A stretch of 64,000 nt of DNA from Eledone cirrhosa (lineage: Eukaryota), in the NCBI GenBank assembly GCA_964016885.1, contig OZ024761.1, positions 1,798,001 to 1,862,000 on the forward strand. The letters run 5' to 3'. Made by a program: the position numbers and the translations under genes. This document shows positions 1 to 14,200 of this stretch, in pieces. The notes beneath the pieces are model-generated. The model ran no database searches. It was not told the origin of the DNA and was given only the letters and a program-made list of their open reading frames with translations. Position 1 is the stretch's first letter. The number at the start of each line of letters is the position of its first letter.

Positions 1-29
1 AAATATTCATTACTTTTACATACACATAC

Positions 30-470
30 GTTATATAATAATAATAATGAAATTATTGTGTAAAGTGCTCAGGTGCACTACAACTCGTCAATATAGTACA
101 TAGAATAATACACAAATGCCAGGGAAGTACATGTTTGTATGTGTTAGCTGTAGTGTTGGCGGATCTCGGGAAGCATGGAGGCCTTAAAGGATGCAGTGTC
201 TTGGCAGCTAACAACTGACGCAGGCAGTTTGTTCCATGAGTGTCTTAAAGGATGCAGTGTCTCGACAGCTAACAACTGATGCAGGTAGTTTGTTCCATGC
301 TTCAGCAACTCTGAGCGTGAAAAAATGTTTCCGAAAGTCATGGGAACTGTGCTGTTTTCTTACTTTGTGGGCATGTCCACGTGTGTTAGACACATGGAAA
401 TCGAAAAGGTACTCAGGGTTGGAGCACTTGATGCTGTTACAAAGTCGGTCTTGTGTTGGGTTTTATTACT
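30..470 (-). mobile_element. CR1-type LINE 3' fragment with an internal 61-bp tandem duplication
   Basis: TRGHAHKV...RKHFFTLRVAEAWNKLP is the typical CR1 ORF2 C-terminus; duplicated segment at 183 and 244; (ATT)n tail. Confidence 0.8.
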
Positions 471-778
471 GAATTAAAGTAGCTGTAGTGTATGAATAAA
501 AGTAAGGTCAAAGACACTGTTGCAGTATATATATTAACTTTATTGGCATATTAGAATTGTTTCAATATCGATAGCGCAGGGTACAATCATTATATATATA
601 TATATATATCACAGAAAAAAGAGAATCAGTGTTGCGACGAAAGGAATATATTGGACATATTACATATATATTACAATTGTTTCTTTGTGATATAGATACT
701 CTGCTCTATGAGGGCATCGAGTGCTCATACGGCCTACTGCATACGGACGCTTTAACCATCCAACACTAATTATATATA

Positions 779-952
779 AGTATCGGTAGAGAGTCGGACG
801 CCATGCTTTGCAGCAAAGAGTTACGGCCCTTTATGACCTGAGTTCAAATCCCGCCGAGGTTAACTTTGCCTTTCATCCTTACGGGGCCTATAAAATAAAG
901 TACCAGTAATACCCTGAGATAATTGCTGGTCTTGTGCCAAAAGTAGAACAAT
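779..952 (+). mobile_element. tRNA-derived SINE with a Meta-like central domain
   Basis: B-box GAGTTCAAATC followed by GCCTTTCATCCTTACGGGG..ATAAAATAAAGTACCAG; same family as 33038-33226. Confidence 0.7.
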
Positions 953-969
953 TATATATATATATATAA

Positions 970-2766
970 ATGTGTCCGGACTGATGCCGGTGTACTTAGT
1001 GTCACGAATGATCAGAAAAAAGAGGCCTGGAAATGTCATTACGAGAGACTGATGAATGTGGAGAACAAATGGGAGAGAGAGAAATTACCCTTGGTAGATC
1101 CGACAGAGGGACCAGCTATTGAGATTAACGAATATAGGGTCCAAGAGGCGATTAGGGAAATGAAAAATGGTAAGGCTGCCGGACCATCGGGAATAGCTGC
1201 TGAGATGCTGAAGGCATCAGGGGACGTAGGCACTAAACTGGTTGCACGCATCATCAATCAGGCTATATATGGTGGTGTCATACCCAAAGACTGGTGCAGC
1301 AGTATTCTCATAAATTGCTACAAAGGTAAAGGGGATGCTCTGGAGAGGAGCAATTATAGGGGTATAAAATTGATAGATCAGGTTATGAAAGTGGCAGAAA
1401 GGATAGCACAACTAATTAGAGAAAGGGTCAAACTAGATGAGATGCAGTTTGGTTTTGTGCCTGTACAACAGATGCCCTCTTGGTGAGACAATTGCAAGAG
1501 AGGTTCTTAGAGAAGAATAAGCCACTATACTTAGCCTTTGTTGACCTAGAGAAGGCCTTTGATAGGGTACCCTGATCTGTCATCTGGTGGTCCCTAAGGA
1601 AGCTAGGTGTTGAGGAATGGCTTGTGAGGACAGTGCAAACTTTGTACAGAGGTACTCTCAGTAAAGTCAGGGTAGGAATTCCAGATACAAGTAGGAGTAC
1701 ATCAGGGTTCGGTCCTCAGCCCGCTCTTGTTCATCATAGTCCTCCAAGCCATAACAGAGGAGTTTAAGACTGGCTGTCCATGGGAACTTCTCTATGCTGA
1801 CGATCTGGTTCTTATAGCAGAATCAGTAGAGGAGCTAGAGAATAAATTCTGGCTATGGAAACAGCAGTTGGAAGCAAGAGGACTGAGAGTGAATCTAGCT
1901 AAGACAAAAGTGTTGATGAGTAGAAAAGAGGACAAAACCCTGATTCTGTCAGGGAAATGGCCATGTTCGATATGCAAAAAAGGAACTGGCATAAATTCTA
2001 TAAAATGCACACAATGCAGATCCTGGGTACACAAGAGATGTAGCGGGATAGCAGGCAAACTAACAGGTAGGGAGAAATATGTATGCAGTAGATGTACAGG
2101 GAAATTAGACAGTAGAAGTCGCATTGATAGACACATTTTTCAAATGCAGGAGGGCGCTATAGAAGTGGTGGATAGCTTCCGGTACCTAGGAGATCAGATT
2201 AGCATGGGAGGAGGGCGTTCCGAGGCCATAGTATCTAGAATAAGGACAGTTTGGAAGAAGTTTAGGGAGCTGCTTCCTCTGTTGACGAAGAAGGGTTTCT
2301 CCCTGCGTACGAAAGGCCGGTTGTATGATGCCTGTGTGAGGAGCGCGATGCTGCATGGTAGTGAGACATGGGCAGCAACTGCAGAGGATATGCGACGGCT
2401 GGAGAGGAATGAGGCAAGCATGCTCCGTTGGATGTGCGTGAACGACCCAGCATAAATGTGTTGAGAGAGAAACTGTGTCTGAGAGGGATAGAATGTAGTG
2501 TACGGGAGAGGAGACTGAGGTGGTATGGACATGTGATGTGCATGGAGGATGACCGATGGATGAAGAAGTGCCAGGAAATGCCAGTTGAAGGAAGACGTGG
2601 TAGAGGTTGACCACGAAAAACATGGGCGGAGGTGGTGAGAACAGACCTCAGATCATTGAAGCTCACGGTGGAGATGACGAGGGACCGTGACGAGTGGAGA
2701 GATGCTGTGCTGAATAAGACCCGTCCCACCCTTGCAAGCAGGGAAAAGCGGACGTAAAATGATGAT
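970..2766 (+). mobile_element. RTE-clade LINE (PHD-containing, short-tail family A), 5'-truncated and frameshifted
   Basis: NYRGIKL, FVDLEKAFDRVP, LLYADD, C4HC3 finger, LRWYGHV; ends GGACGTAAAATGATGAT. Confidence 0.92.
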
Positions 2767-3259
2767 ATCGATTCTGAATTTGTTTAGCAAGATTCTTTAT
2801 CTGAAAACGTGTGTTGAAACCGATATTGTTATACTTTGGGAGGGTCATGTTGCCAATAAGAAACACACGCACCAGTTGCTTTCACTTCAATTTATTACAA
2901 TAAATTTATAAATTTCCGGTTGGTTGGTTCCACAACAACCGGAAATTTATAAATTCCTAAATTTATAAATTTATTGTAATAAATTGAAGTGAAAGCAACT
3001 GGTGCGTGTGTTTCTTATTGGCAACATGACCCTCCCAAAGTATAACAATATATATATATATTTAATATACAAATGGCTAAAGTGAACCTTAAAAATCAGG
3101 AGTGGCACCCCAATTGTGAACCTGTCTATAGAATTTTTTCTGCCCTTGTTACTCTAGATATAGTTTTAAAAGAATTCCCTTTTCTTTAAATCCATCAACC
3201 AATGACGTCCACCCATCCCAATCACCACCCTCTCCTACCACCACATAACTTGGACAGCT

Positions 3260-3308
3260 GCTTCCTGATGATTTCTCCCGAATGAAACAGTTTTAGTCCT
3301 GTAGAAGC
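3260..3308 (+). ncRNA. Type I hammerhead ribozyme motif in a Penelope-type terminal sequence
   Basis: GCUUC-CUGAUGA-U-UUC(UCCC)GAA-U-GAAA-CAG(8 nt)CUG-UA-GAAGC: stems I, II and III plus a GUA site. Confidence 0.75.
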
Positions 3309-3416
3309 CTTTCTATATTAAATATTTATACTCTGCTTTGTATTGAGTACCTTGTATTGGTTACCCCCGATTGAACCTGGGATAAACATATATACATGTA
3401 TATATATACACATGCA

Positions 3417-3460
<44 letters not shown>

Positions 3461-4784
3461 TACATGTATGTGTGTTTCACATGAAATCAATATTCAAGCT
3501 GGCTTCATTGAAATTTCACTTACATCAAATATATATATTTTATAGTTTTCCAGTGACAAAATACATTGGTAGCGTTTCCATTCTCACAAATATCTCCACA
3601 AGATATGTATATATGTAATTCTTTATTATTCCATTATTCCTTTGAAAAATAGTTTTAATGTCAGAAAATTTATATTTCATTATTTTCTACGAATAAATAT
3701 ATATAATTGTTTGGGGCTTTTTTCCAGTACCAAAAGACATTGGTAAGGTTTTAGTCTCAAATGTGTGTATCATTCACACTTAACTCTTGTTGGAGTCGTA
3801 GTGGGACATTTTAACTTGGCTTAGCCAGCCCCTCCTGGTCGAAACACACCCGATTTGTTTTCCATAAAAAAAAATTAGAGAAAGATACTTTTGTTGTCTT
3901 TAAACGTAAACTTTGCACTTGACCTATACTTCGTTTTTTCTTCTTTTTAGATTGAATGAACCTCAACATTTTACGTCTACATTTATATTCAACATAACTC
4001 ATCTTAGTCTTCACGGTCAAGAACCTGTTTTTACTTCTGCTTCAAGCTGTTATGGGGTGTCCAGATAAGTATTCACACCATAGAAAATGCCAAAACAAGA
4101 GACACTGATATAAGGTTTGTAAGGACTAAGAAACCTAACAAATAGATTTCAAAGTTATCGCCAATTAAACTTTAAAGTAAGCAATACTAAAGTTACGAGG
4201 AGTGTAAGCAAATGAATAAAGTTACTACACCAGTAATTTATGTATATATTGTGTATATATATACTCTAACACAGGCAGGGTTTAAAAAAAAAACATTACC
4301 GCTTATGAGCAAATTTTAAACAGATTATGACGAGAAATACTGGTGTAATAATAAATAAGTTACCGCTGTAGCAATTGCAGTTCACCTTACTTCAACTCAT
4401 CTTCACTGGTATCTTAAACCCATGTTCAGATTATTGCTAGTAATAAAATCAAATAAATTAAAGCTAATAAATGAACCACCAAGAATGCTACCTAAGGATT
4501 TGCACATCATTAAAGACATGCAAATTGTCTTTACGTCGACGATAGAGGTATAAACGGAAAAGACATTACTGAACATGAGGTGGAAGACAACAGAAATCAC
4601 CATCCTATCTGAAATATTACATGCTATGATATTAAATATATTTGTTACAATCATCTTTTACTAAAAATATTTGAATAAAACGGAGTAAACAATCATATAC
4701 TGTTATTGTTGTATCTGCACACTTAACTTAATCATATTTCGTTTCCTTAGAAATAATAAAAGCATATACAAAAATAAATATATG

Positions 4785-5489
<705 letters not shown>

Positions 5490-6043
5490 GTTGAAAATTG
5501 CAAACTCGACTGTCACCACATATCATGAACCTGAAGATTGCGAAAGCATGAAAGTACATGAAACCTATGTTATTTTATTGGGTTTGCAGTAATTATATAG
5601 GCCTAGTACCATTGCTTGTTTCTCACCTAACTGTCCTGTGTATGCCTAAAGCATTTGCACTCTCTATACTGCTTTAATTATTATACTATTCTCTTGTAAT
5701 CTCTGTCACGTGCATTCCACTCTGTAAATACGAAACTGTTGATGACAACATTAATATCCATGTATCTATATGATTGTTCAGTTGAATAAGAAGTTACTTA
5801 TATGTCCAAACTTTGCTAGTGCTCCGATGATACCAAACAAAAGTTTGGAAGAAACGATTGTCAGCAATAAAATGATTTGAACATAGTTTTGATTATTGTG
5901 TAATTTATATGTGTATATATATGTGTGTGTATATATGTGTGTATGTATATATATATGTGTGTATGTATATATATATGTATGTATATATATATGTGTGTAT
6001 ATATATGTATGTATGTGTGTATATATATACACACATACATAGT

Positions 6044-7185
6044 TAGGGCTAGACATAAGATAGGGAAAGCCACCTCATGGTACGACAACCAGAGATACCA
6101 GAGGGTCATATTTGTGGACGCTACCCCTAGAGGGAAATTAGCTAACCAGTGTAGAAAGGCCCTGAGAAAGACCCACTTAAAGATTAAGGTGGTAGAAAAG
6201 CCAGGAACCACCATAAAATCCCTGATCAGCAAAACCTACCCTTTTAAGAAAACCCACTGTACCAATAGGAAATGTATCATATGTAAGGTAAACCCCCGGA
6301 TAAACTGTAAAACTAGAAACGTAGTCTATGGCATAAGATGTACAGAGGGTACTTGCAGAAACATGACAACAACATACATAGGCGAGACAGCTCGTAGCAT
6401 AGGTGAAAGGATAGAACAACACTGGGGGAACTAAAAGAACGAAAAAAACGGTTCAGTACTATACGAACATGTCAGATAACAACACAACGGTCACATAGAC
6501 AACATTGAAGTTAGAATAATATCTAAACATAGAAATGACCCAGCAGATAGGCAAATCAGAGAGGCCAGCGAAATAGAACTTAGAAGGCCAAGGCAAAACA
6601 GAAAAAATGAATGGAATAACAACAACACCCAAACAAACAACACTGACCTAAGAGAAGTATAAATAAATAAATAAATAAATATATACACAAGCACAATAAC
6701 AACAAACACATATAAACACACACAAGTAAACTAAGATAGAATACATTAACCAATACACAGTCACCCAAACAAGAACACACATCAAACAAAACACTATACA
6801 CACACGCAAACGCATGCGCATAGAAGACAAAAAAATAAACAAGTAAATAAATAAATAAACAGACTAAATAAAGATGGCGCGAGCATACAATGCAACGGGA
6901 GGAAACATAATAGCACAACTGACGGTGTTGCAGATGTGCAACGAAAGAACTTTGATAGACTATATATATGTTTTTGTGTCTATATTGTATCTGTCTTTTT
7001 GACCGTTGGTCAGTCAATGGCAACATTGAGAACCGAATAAATTAAATTAACCAATATAAAAGAGACAGAAGTGAAAACCAACCAAACCAACCAGTGAGTG
7101 TGTTCACCAACCAGTGAGTGTGTTGTTATTAATTCTGGCAATATTATTATTACACAAATATGACCCTCCCCAAGTATAACAATAT
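6044..7185 (+). mobile_element. Penelope-like element 3' part (GIY-YIG endonuclease plus terminal region)
   Basis: C..C....C...NVVYGIRC...TYIGETARSIGERI..H; degenerate hammerhead-like motif at 6919-6952. Confidence 0.85.
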
Positions 7186-7819
7186 GTATATATATATATA
7201 CACATCTGGAGCCACTTTTTTCACATAAAACAGGTAGAATTTCCAAAACTAATCAGATTAGAGCAAACATCACGGGCGCTCTATCTCAAAATTGTTTTTG
7301 AAAAGCATTAGAAATGCGCACCGGTAAAACTTAAAACCAAAACTGAATACTAACCAATACTATTACTAATTTTTACTTATTCCTAATTAAACTATTTTTC
7401 ACTGGGAACAATTTGTCAGCATTTTCTTTTCCGTTTACCATCGGACGCAACCCGTTGATAAAGCTCTTCCGGTCCAGTCCTTCCCTAGAAGTCTTATATA
7501 TTTTTATGTGGGCTGATAGTGAACGGATTAAGGAATTGCAGAAACCCAAGAAGCTAGATTTAACACCCTTCTAGCGGGTCCGGGTAAGTTTTTTTACATT
7601 CATTTAAATTATTGATTCATTGATATTTTTTTTGAGTGACCCGAATCCTCCTGGTCGTTCTTTTTCGGCTGCACGGGTGATTTTAGGCTTAATCTTTATG
7701 TGTTGGTAATTTAACGATAGTTATAGCTCTGATTTATCCAAATTATTGAGCCCTCTGCCACTCATATCGGATTTGTTTATCGTTAATTTGTGAGCTGATT
7801 TTCCGATACTCGATTATTC

Positions 7820-8054
7820 TATTATATATATATAAATATATATATATATATAGATATGTATGTATGTGTATATATATATGTGTGTGTGTGTTTATGTGTG
7901 TGTGTATATATCTGTGTATATATATGTGTGTATATATATATATGTGTATAAATATATGTGTATATATATATGTGTGTATATATGTGTGTGTATATATGTG
8001 TGTATATATATATGTGTGTATATATGTGTGTATATATATATGTGTGTGTATATT

Positions 8055-8095
<41 letters not shown>

Positions 8096-8440
8096 ATGTG
8101 TATATATGTGTGTGTATATATGTATATGTGTGTGTGTATATATGTGTGTATATATATGTGTGTGTGTATATGTGTATATATATGTGTGTGTGTATATGTG
8201 TATATATATGTGTGTAAATGTATATGTGTGTGTATATCTGTGTATATGTGTGTATATATGTATATATATATATATATATATGTGTGTGTATATATATATA
8301 TGTGTGTGTGTGTATATATGTGTATGTATATATGTGTGTGTGTATATATATGTATGCATATATGTGTGCATTTATATGTGTGCGTGTATATATGTATGGG
8401 TATATATATATGTATATGTGTGTATGTATGTGTGTATATA
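7820..8440. repeat. (AT)/(GT) compound microsatellite
   Basis: Direct inspection. Confidence 0.95.
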
Positions 8441-9726
8441 TGTAGCGAATATTTCGGTTGTGTTGGATAAGTGGATAGATGGAATTGTCGGTATGATGGT
8501 TTCGATGCAAAAAATAATACCAGGATTGTGTTGTTACAAAGTTTATTTTATTAAAACAATATTCAATTTGAATATTGAATGACAAAATCTATAACATGAA
8601 ATAATCGTACAATAATAGGTGGTTCTTCGCGCCACATAGATACAAGTATCACAGAATACGATTATAATATAATTTGTATTGTATCTGAAAGATACAATGT
8701 GACAGAAATGGTGCGTATAAAAATGCAAGCAGTGTGAACTTATTGTGTATGCGTGTGTGCGTATTAGTATACTTTCTTGTTTTAGCAGTAGTAGTAATCA
8801 CTCAGCCAGGCGTGTAAGGCGTGTGAGAAAATAGTGGACAGACGTTTTTCGTGAAGGGAGATTTGACAGAGTAGGTGAAATGTCCGTTCTTGTCCGTGGT
8901 AACCCCTGTATTTATAACGGTTGAAGTTAGAAGGATAGATATATCCTCTGACCTTCCGTTAGAATCTCCCAAGGGGTTGGTCTGCTGGGTGTAAACAACT
9001 TACCACGGCTTGTCCCAGAGGCGGGAAAGATCAGATTCGGTTTCGAATCTACGCCGCGGTTATAGTACCCCCCTTCCAGTGAGAAAGCTAAAGATTGAAC
9101 GATCTAGGTGTATGTGAAATGAAGATAGGTATGACTAGTTGTGTTGTTGAAGAAAATCCGTAAAAAAAAATACATGAAATTCATTTACAAACAGGCGAAA
9201 TGAAAGAAAACATGCAAAGCAAAACACATTTACATGCAGGAAAATGTACTGTGATGTTACATAAAATTGAAAATGTTCATACTAGTTTGTTGATTAAAAG
9301 TTTGTTCATTTCATAGAAACGGAAAAGAATGTTCTCTTGATGCACAGAGTCAATTGATTTGTGTGTAGCAATAGTTCATGACCACAGAAATTGGCCGATT
9401 CATTGAAATGTACAAATTAACCGAAATGTCGACCAGATGCATAATTTGTACTTACCCGATAAACTTGTACATATCACGTGAGCCATCGAACTGTTCTTCC
9501 AGATTTGGTGTGTCGGAGTTGTGCAGAATTTGTCGTGTTTGTGTCGGGCAAAGATATTGGTGAGTCTGATGGAGAAACGGTGGGTACTGGTGGCAAATCC
9601 TGTTCTATGAACGCTTTTTTTAAACGGTCAATGGAAACGGTATTTCGTTTCGCGTTCAAGTAGAGGACGAAATACTTAGGGCGTTTCTGTATCACCTTAT
9701 AGGGCCCGGAATACGGCGGACGAAGT
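8441..9726 (-). mobile_element. Gypsy LTR retrotransposon 3' remnant (integrase C-terminus, polypurine tract, LTR-like region)
   Basis: LRPPYSGPYKVIQKRPKYF...VSIDRLKKA (GPY/F motif); purine tract CTGGAAGGGGGG near 9068-9079; outer end ...TCGCTACA at 8441. Confidence 0.75.
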
Positions 9727-9732
9727 TGCGAT

Positions 9733-9842
9733 GGTTAGGGTTGGGGTTTGGGTTAGGGTTGGGGTTTGGGTTAGGGTTAGGGTTGGGGTTAGGGTTAGGG
9801 TTAGGGTTAGGCTTGGGGTTAGGGTTAAGGTTTGGGTTAGGG
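9733..9842 (+). repeat. Degenerate (TTAGGG)n telomere-like tract, about 18 units
   Basis: TTAGGG with TTGGGG and TTTGGG variants. Confidence 0.9.
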
Positions 9843-9844
9843 AT

Positions 9845-11026
9845 CATACGTACACCGTCTTCGACAATATATGTCTCATCTTGCTCCTGCAAGCACCCGT
9901 CAACAGAACACGGCCACACACGTACCTTCAGACATTAAAGATTGGACACAGGTTTTCATTCGAAACGACACCATCTCAGCTGATCTTCGACCTCCATATT
10001 CTGGCCCTTATCGTGTTCTAATAAAATATCCGAAATATTTTATTCTCGATCTAGATGGTAAACAGAATTCTGTCAGCGTGGACAGATTAAAAAAGCCATC
10101 ATGGATACTGTTACAGTTTCTACACCAGAAACTCCAACAGATTGCTGTCCCAGCGAGCCACCTGTTTCATCTCCAGTCACGAGAGGTGGACGACGTGTCC
10201 AATGGCCCGCCAAGTTGGCACAATATGTGAATTACCGTTAACCTCAAGTGAGTATCTTCATCATTCTTCTTGCAAAACATTCCCATTTCCCTTGTGTTTA
10301 CTATTTCCAGTTTCAAATACAATGAACTTTCTGCTTGAACAATAGCAATTTTTAGTGACCATGTGCTCATGTCACGAAGTACATTATTTATTATGAACAT
10401 TATTTATTACAAACACTATTTAAGAACAAACATTGTGTATATCATTGTGTATAACATTTATTTTCTTCTCTCTCTTGTTTTGCAAACATTTTTATTTTTC
10501 TTGTTCTGTAACATTGATTGTGTAATTGCCATAATTTTTATATACATACAAGGCGTGTACATATTCTGTTTTTCATGCACACTACAAAACCATGTTTGTT
10601 TCACCTTTTGGTTCATACACGGAGCAATAGATATTTGTGTCCCTCTAACTCTTACACTACAAAATGTTTTCTCTTTGATCACGCATTTCACAAATGGCAT
10701 CCTCAAAACTACGCCAGTCGACATTTGGCAGAGTCAACCCGCGTATCGTTGTTCCATGCCTCTGCTACACTTTGTCACTCACACACACCTTGTACCTTGT
10801 ATCGTCGCTTCATGTGAAAATAAATAGCTGATCGAAATTACATCTCTCGCCGTGCTTCGTCTTTCCAACATGTGCTTTCGTCTGTTCATCCTTACCGTAT
10901 GTGACAACAGTCCTTTTAAGGGCTATCTTCAGATACGATCAGACCGTATGCGATAACAGTCCTTTGAAGGGCTATTCTCGGATCTGATCGGAAGTAGTGA
11001 CCAGACTGACCAACCACGTCGCTACA
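9845..11026 (+). mobile_element. Gypsy LTR retrotransposon 3' remnant (second, diverged copy)
   Basis: VFIRNDT...LRPPYSGPYRVL...VSVDRLKK; ends ...GTCGCTACA before a TA repeat. Confidence 0.75.
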
Positions 11027-11306
11027 TATGTATATATATTAAATGGAAAAGAATGAAACGAAATTTCATTTCTCACTCTTAGTACGGCTGGTACCTAAAT
11101 ATAAGTATGTATACGTACATACATATATGTGTACAGACGTACAGTAGTATGTATATATATACATACATGCACACATATATATATGTACGTATGGGTTTAC
11201 CGAACATTTATTATAATGTTCGGTTTGTTTGTAAACAAACAGCCTGAATTACGCCGTACAGTGCTCGGCAACCATCGTCGCCCTTTTGTTCAACACTGAC
11301 ACAGGA

Positions 11307-11349
11307 ACGATGTACTAGTTTCAAGCTTATTAGCTATCGTTAGCATCGT
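11307..11349 (-). ncRNA. Type I hammerhead motif with a core substitution (CUAACGA), inside a 429-bp terminally repeated unit
   Basis: ACGAUG-CUAACGA-U-AGC(UAAUAA)GCU-U-GAAA-CUAG-UA-CAUCGU; perfect 6-bp stem I, palindromic stem III. Confidence 0.7.
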
Positions 11350-11707
11350 ATACCTTTCTGTCAGATGATTGAACATTTGAAAGTATATGCTTTCCTTATG
11401 CATATTAACGGCTGGGCAGCCTAATTTGCATATCGAGTGAGTTAGTCGGCCGGGCGTACCGAAAACTATAAATGCAAAAGAATGAAACGAAATTTCATTT
11501 CTCACTCTTAGTACAGCTGATACCTAAATATAAGTATGTATACGTACATACACATATGTGTACAGACGTACAGTAGTATGTATATATATACATACATGCA
11601 TGCACACATATATATATGTATGTATGTATATATATACATACTAGTCTACGTCTGTACACATATATGTATGTACGTATACATACTTATATTTATGTATATT
11701 TATGTAT

Positions 11708-11997
11708 AAGGTTGTGAGTTCAATTCTCAGACCGGGTGATGTGTTGTTTCCTTGAGCAAGACACTTTATTTCACATTGCTCCAGTTTACTCAGCTGTAGA
11801 AATGAGATGATAGGGACTGGGATCCCTATCATTCCACTGCAAAGTGGTCGTGGAGGTGCCACGGCAAAAAAGCACCCAGCACTCACTGTAAATGAGGTTG
11901 GTGTTAGGAAGGGCATCCAGCTGTAGAAATCAAGCCAGCATCAGTTCCCGTCCCACCCTTGCAAGCATGGAAAAGCGGACGTAAAATGAAATGATGA
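11708..11997 (+). mobile_element. 5'-truncated tRNA/CORE-like SINE with an RTE-derived tail
   Basis: B-box, CCTTGAGCAAGACACTT core, and a tail nearly identical to the RTE family A end. Confidence 0.75.
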
Positions 11998-12001
11998 AAT
12001 G

Positions 12002-12061
<60 letters not shown>

Positions 12062-12469
12062 CATATATATACATACACATATATACATACATACATATAC
12101 ATACATACATATATATACATACATACATATATATATATACATATATATATATACATATATACATATACATATATATATATACATATATATATATAAATGA
12201 TGATGATAATGATGATATATACATATAAATATACATATCATCATCATCATCGTTTTACGTCCGTTCTTCCACGCTAGCATGGGTTAGACGGGTTGTCCTG
12301 TTGTGGGCAGTGTCCGGTCGGCTAACCTTGCTTTGCTCATATGGGAACTGATTCTGGCTTGATTTCTACAGCTGGATGCCCTTCCTAACATCAACCTCAT
12401 TTACAGTGAGTGCAGGGTGCTTTTTTACCGTGGCGCCTACATGTCCACTTTACAGTGTGGGCTGGGTTT

Positions 12470-13070
12470 GTACCAGGAAAAGGCACCACTGATGCCCTCT
12501 TCCTTGTGAGGCAGTTACAGAGAAATACCTAGCTAAAAGTAAGCCGCTCTACCTGGCATTCGTCAATCTGGAAAAAGCCTTTGACAGAGTCCACCGTGCT
12601 ATAATCTGGCGGGCTCTTAGAAAATTAGGAGTAGATGAATGGCTTGTGAAAGCTGTACAAGCCATGTATAGAGGAACGGTCAGCAAAGTTAGAGTTAGCA
12701 ATGAATATAGCGAGGAATTTAGCATACAGGTCAGTGTCCACCAGAGCTCTGTTCTTAGCCCTCTCCTGTTCATTATAGTTTTGCAGGCAATAACGGAGGA
12801 GTTTAAGACCGGATGCCCATGGGAACTCCTGTATGCAGATGATCTCCATGGTGGAACTAGAGAAGAAATTCCAAACATAGAAGCAGGGACTAGAAAGAAA
12901 GGGTCTCAAAGTCAACCTGACAAAGGCTAAGCTTCTTGTAAGTAGACGAGAAAACAGAACCCAGATTCCCTCAGGGAAATGTCCACAGTATGTAGGAAAG
13001 GTGTAGGTAGGAACTCCATCCTCTTCCCCAAATGCAAACAATGGGTACACAAGAGATGTAGTGGGATCTG
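12470..13070 (+). mobile_element. RTE LINE RT fragment (PHD family), preceded by an inverted 3' tail at 12240-12465
   Basis: VLSPLLFIIVLQAITEEFKTGCPWELLYADD. Confidence 0.85.
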
Positions 13071-13874
13071 ATTATGTGAATGTCTTCATTCATTAATATT
13101 CTGAATAATATTATATACATATATATATATATCGCCACCATGTCCTGCATCTCCAAGGGACCAGTCTCTGTCCTTAGGGCATCAACATATGTTAACCTTA
13201 GTCTTCTTTTCCAGTGTGTCCATGCAGGGGTTCTCACAGGAGCACTGAGTGCAGTGTCAACTCTAGATGTCGGTGAGCATGTCCAGCTAACCTCAGTCTT
13301 CTCTGTGTCACTTTCAAGCTGACTTTTGGGAGGCTCTCCTTCACTGTGTTTATATATATATTGGTATGTCCCATTGCAATCTCTGTAATATGGAACTTTT
13401 CCAAATTCTTAATTTCGACAAAATTCTTCTTAACAGTAAAATTGAACGAATTATTTTTTGTCGACATAAATCAGCAACGAAGTTCGAGAACTTTAGACCA
13501 GTTTAATTCCTTATTTGTTCCATAACCCTCACTCTAACACTTGGATCTACTATGATATCATATTATCATCAGCAGCATCATCACCATTATAATTATCAAA
13601 GAACAGCATCTAATCCTCTTATATTTACATTCTTAATTTATATATATCTATCTTTCACTCTCTATCTTTGCATGTGTCTCCCTAAACTTATTTCATCTCA
13701 GTCATTTTATCTTATCATAGAATATATCTTAAAATTAGTTAACTAATTTACTTATTAAATAACCTATAGAGAGAGAGATAATTATATATATATACATATA
13801 GATATTGATAATTATATATAGATACATATAGATAATTATATTATATATAAATATATTTATATATAGATATAGAT

Positions 13875-14200
13875 AATTATCCACTATCTTCTTGGGGATT
13901 CCATAAGCCTGTAAGATCTTCATCAGGCAGTGACGGTCCACAGAATCAAAGGCCTTCCTAAAGTCAATGAAAACCATGACCGCAGGAAGGCAATTTGCTC
14001 TAGCTCCCTCTAATATCCTCCTCAGCATCAGGATGTGACTGGTGGTTGATCTTCCCTCTCTGAAGCCGTTCTGGTTGTCCCTGAGCTTCTTCTCCATCTC
14101 AGGCTGGATCCTGTTAAGAATCATCCTGTTGAGGGTCTTTGCCACAAGTGACGTCAGTGAGATGCCCCTGTAGTTGTTGGTGTTAGAGAGATCTCCCTCA
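13875..14200 (-). mobile_element. RTE-like RT fragment (different family); related 3' fragment at about 13135-13345
   Basis: NYRGISLTS...QNGFREGRST...FIDFRKAFDSV. Confidence 0.85.

Noticed and set aside
5531-5560. Hammerhead-like core (similar partial motifs at 6919-6952, about 24910-24990 and about 41960-42000)
   Set aside because: Stem I or III, or core bases, are broken; not called as functional ribozymes.
9692-9938. PN-repeat and GL-repeat proteins
   Set aside because: Translations of the (TTAGGG)n tract.
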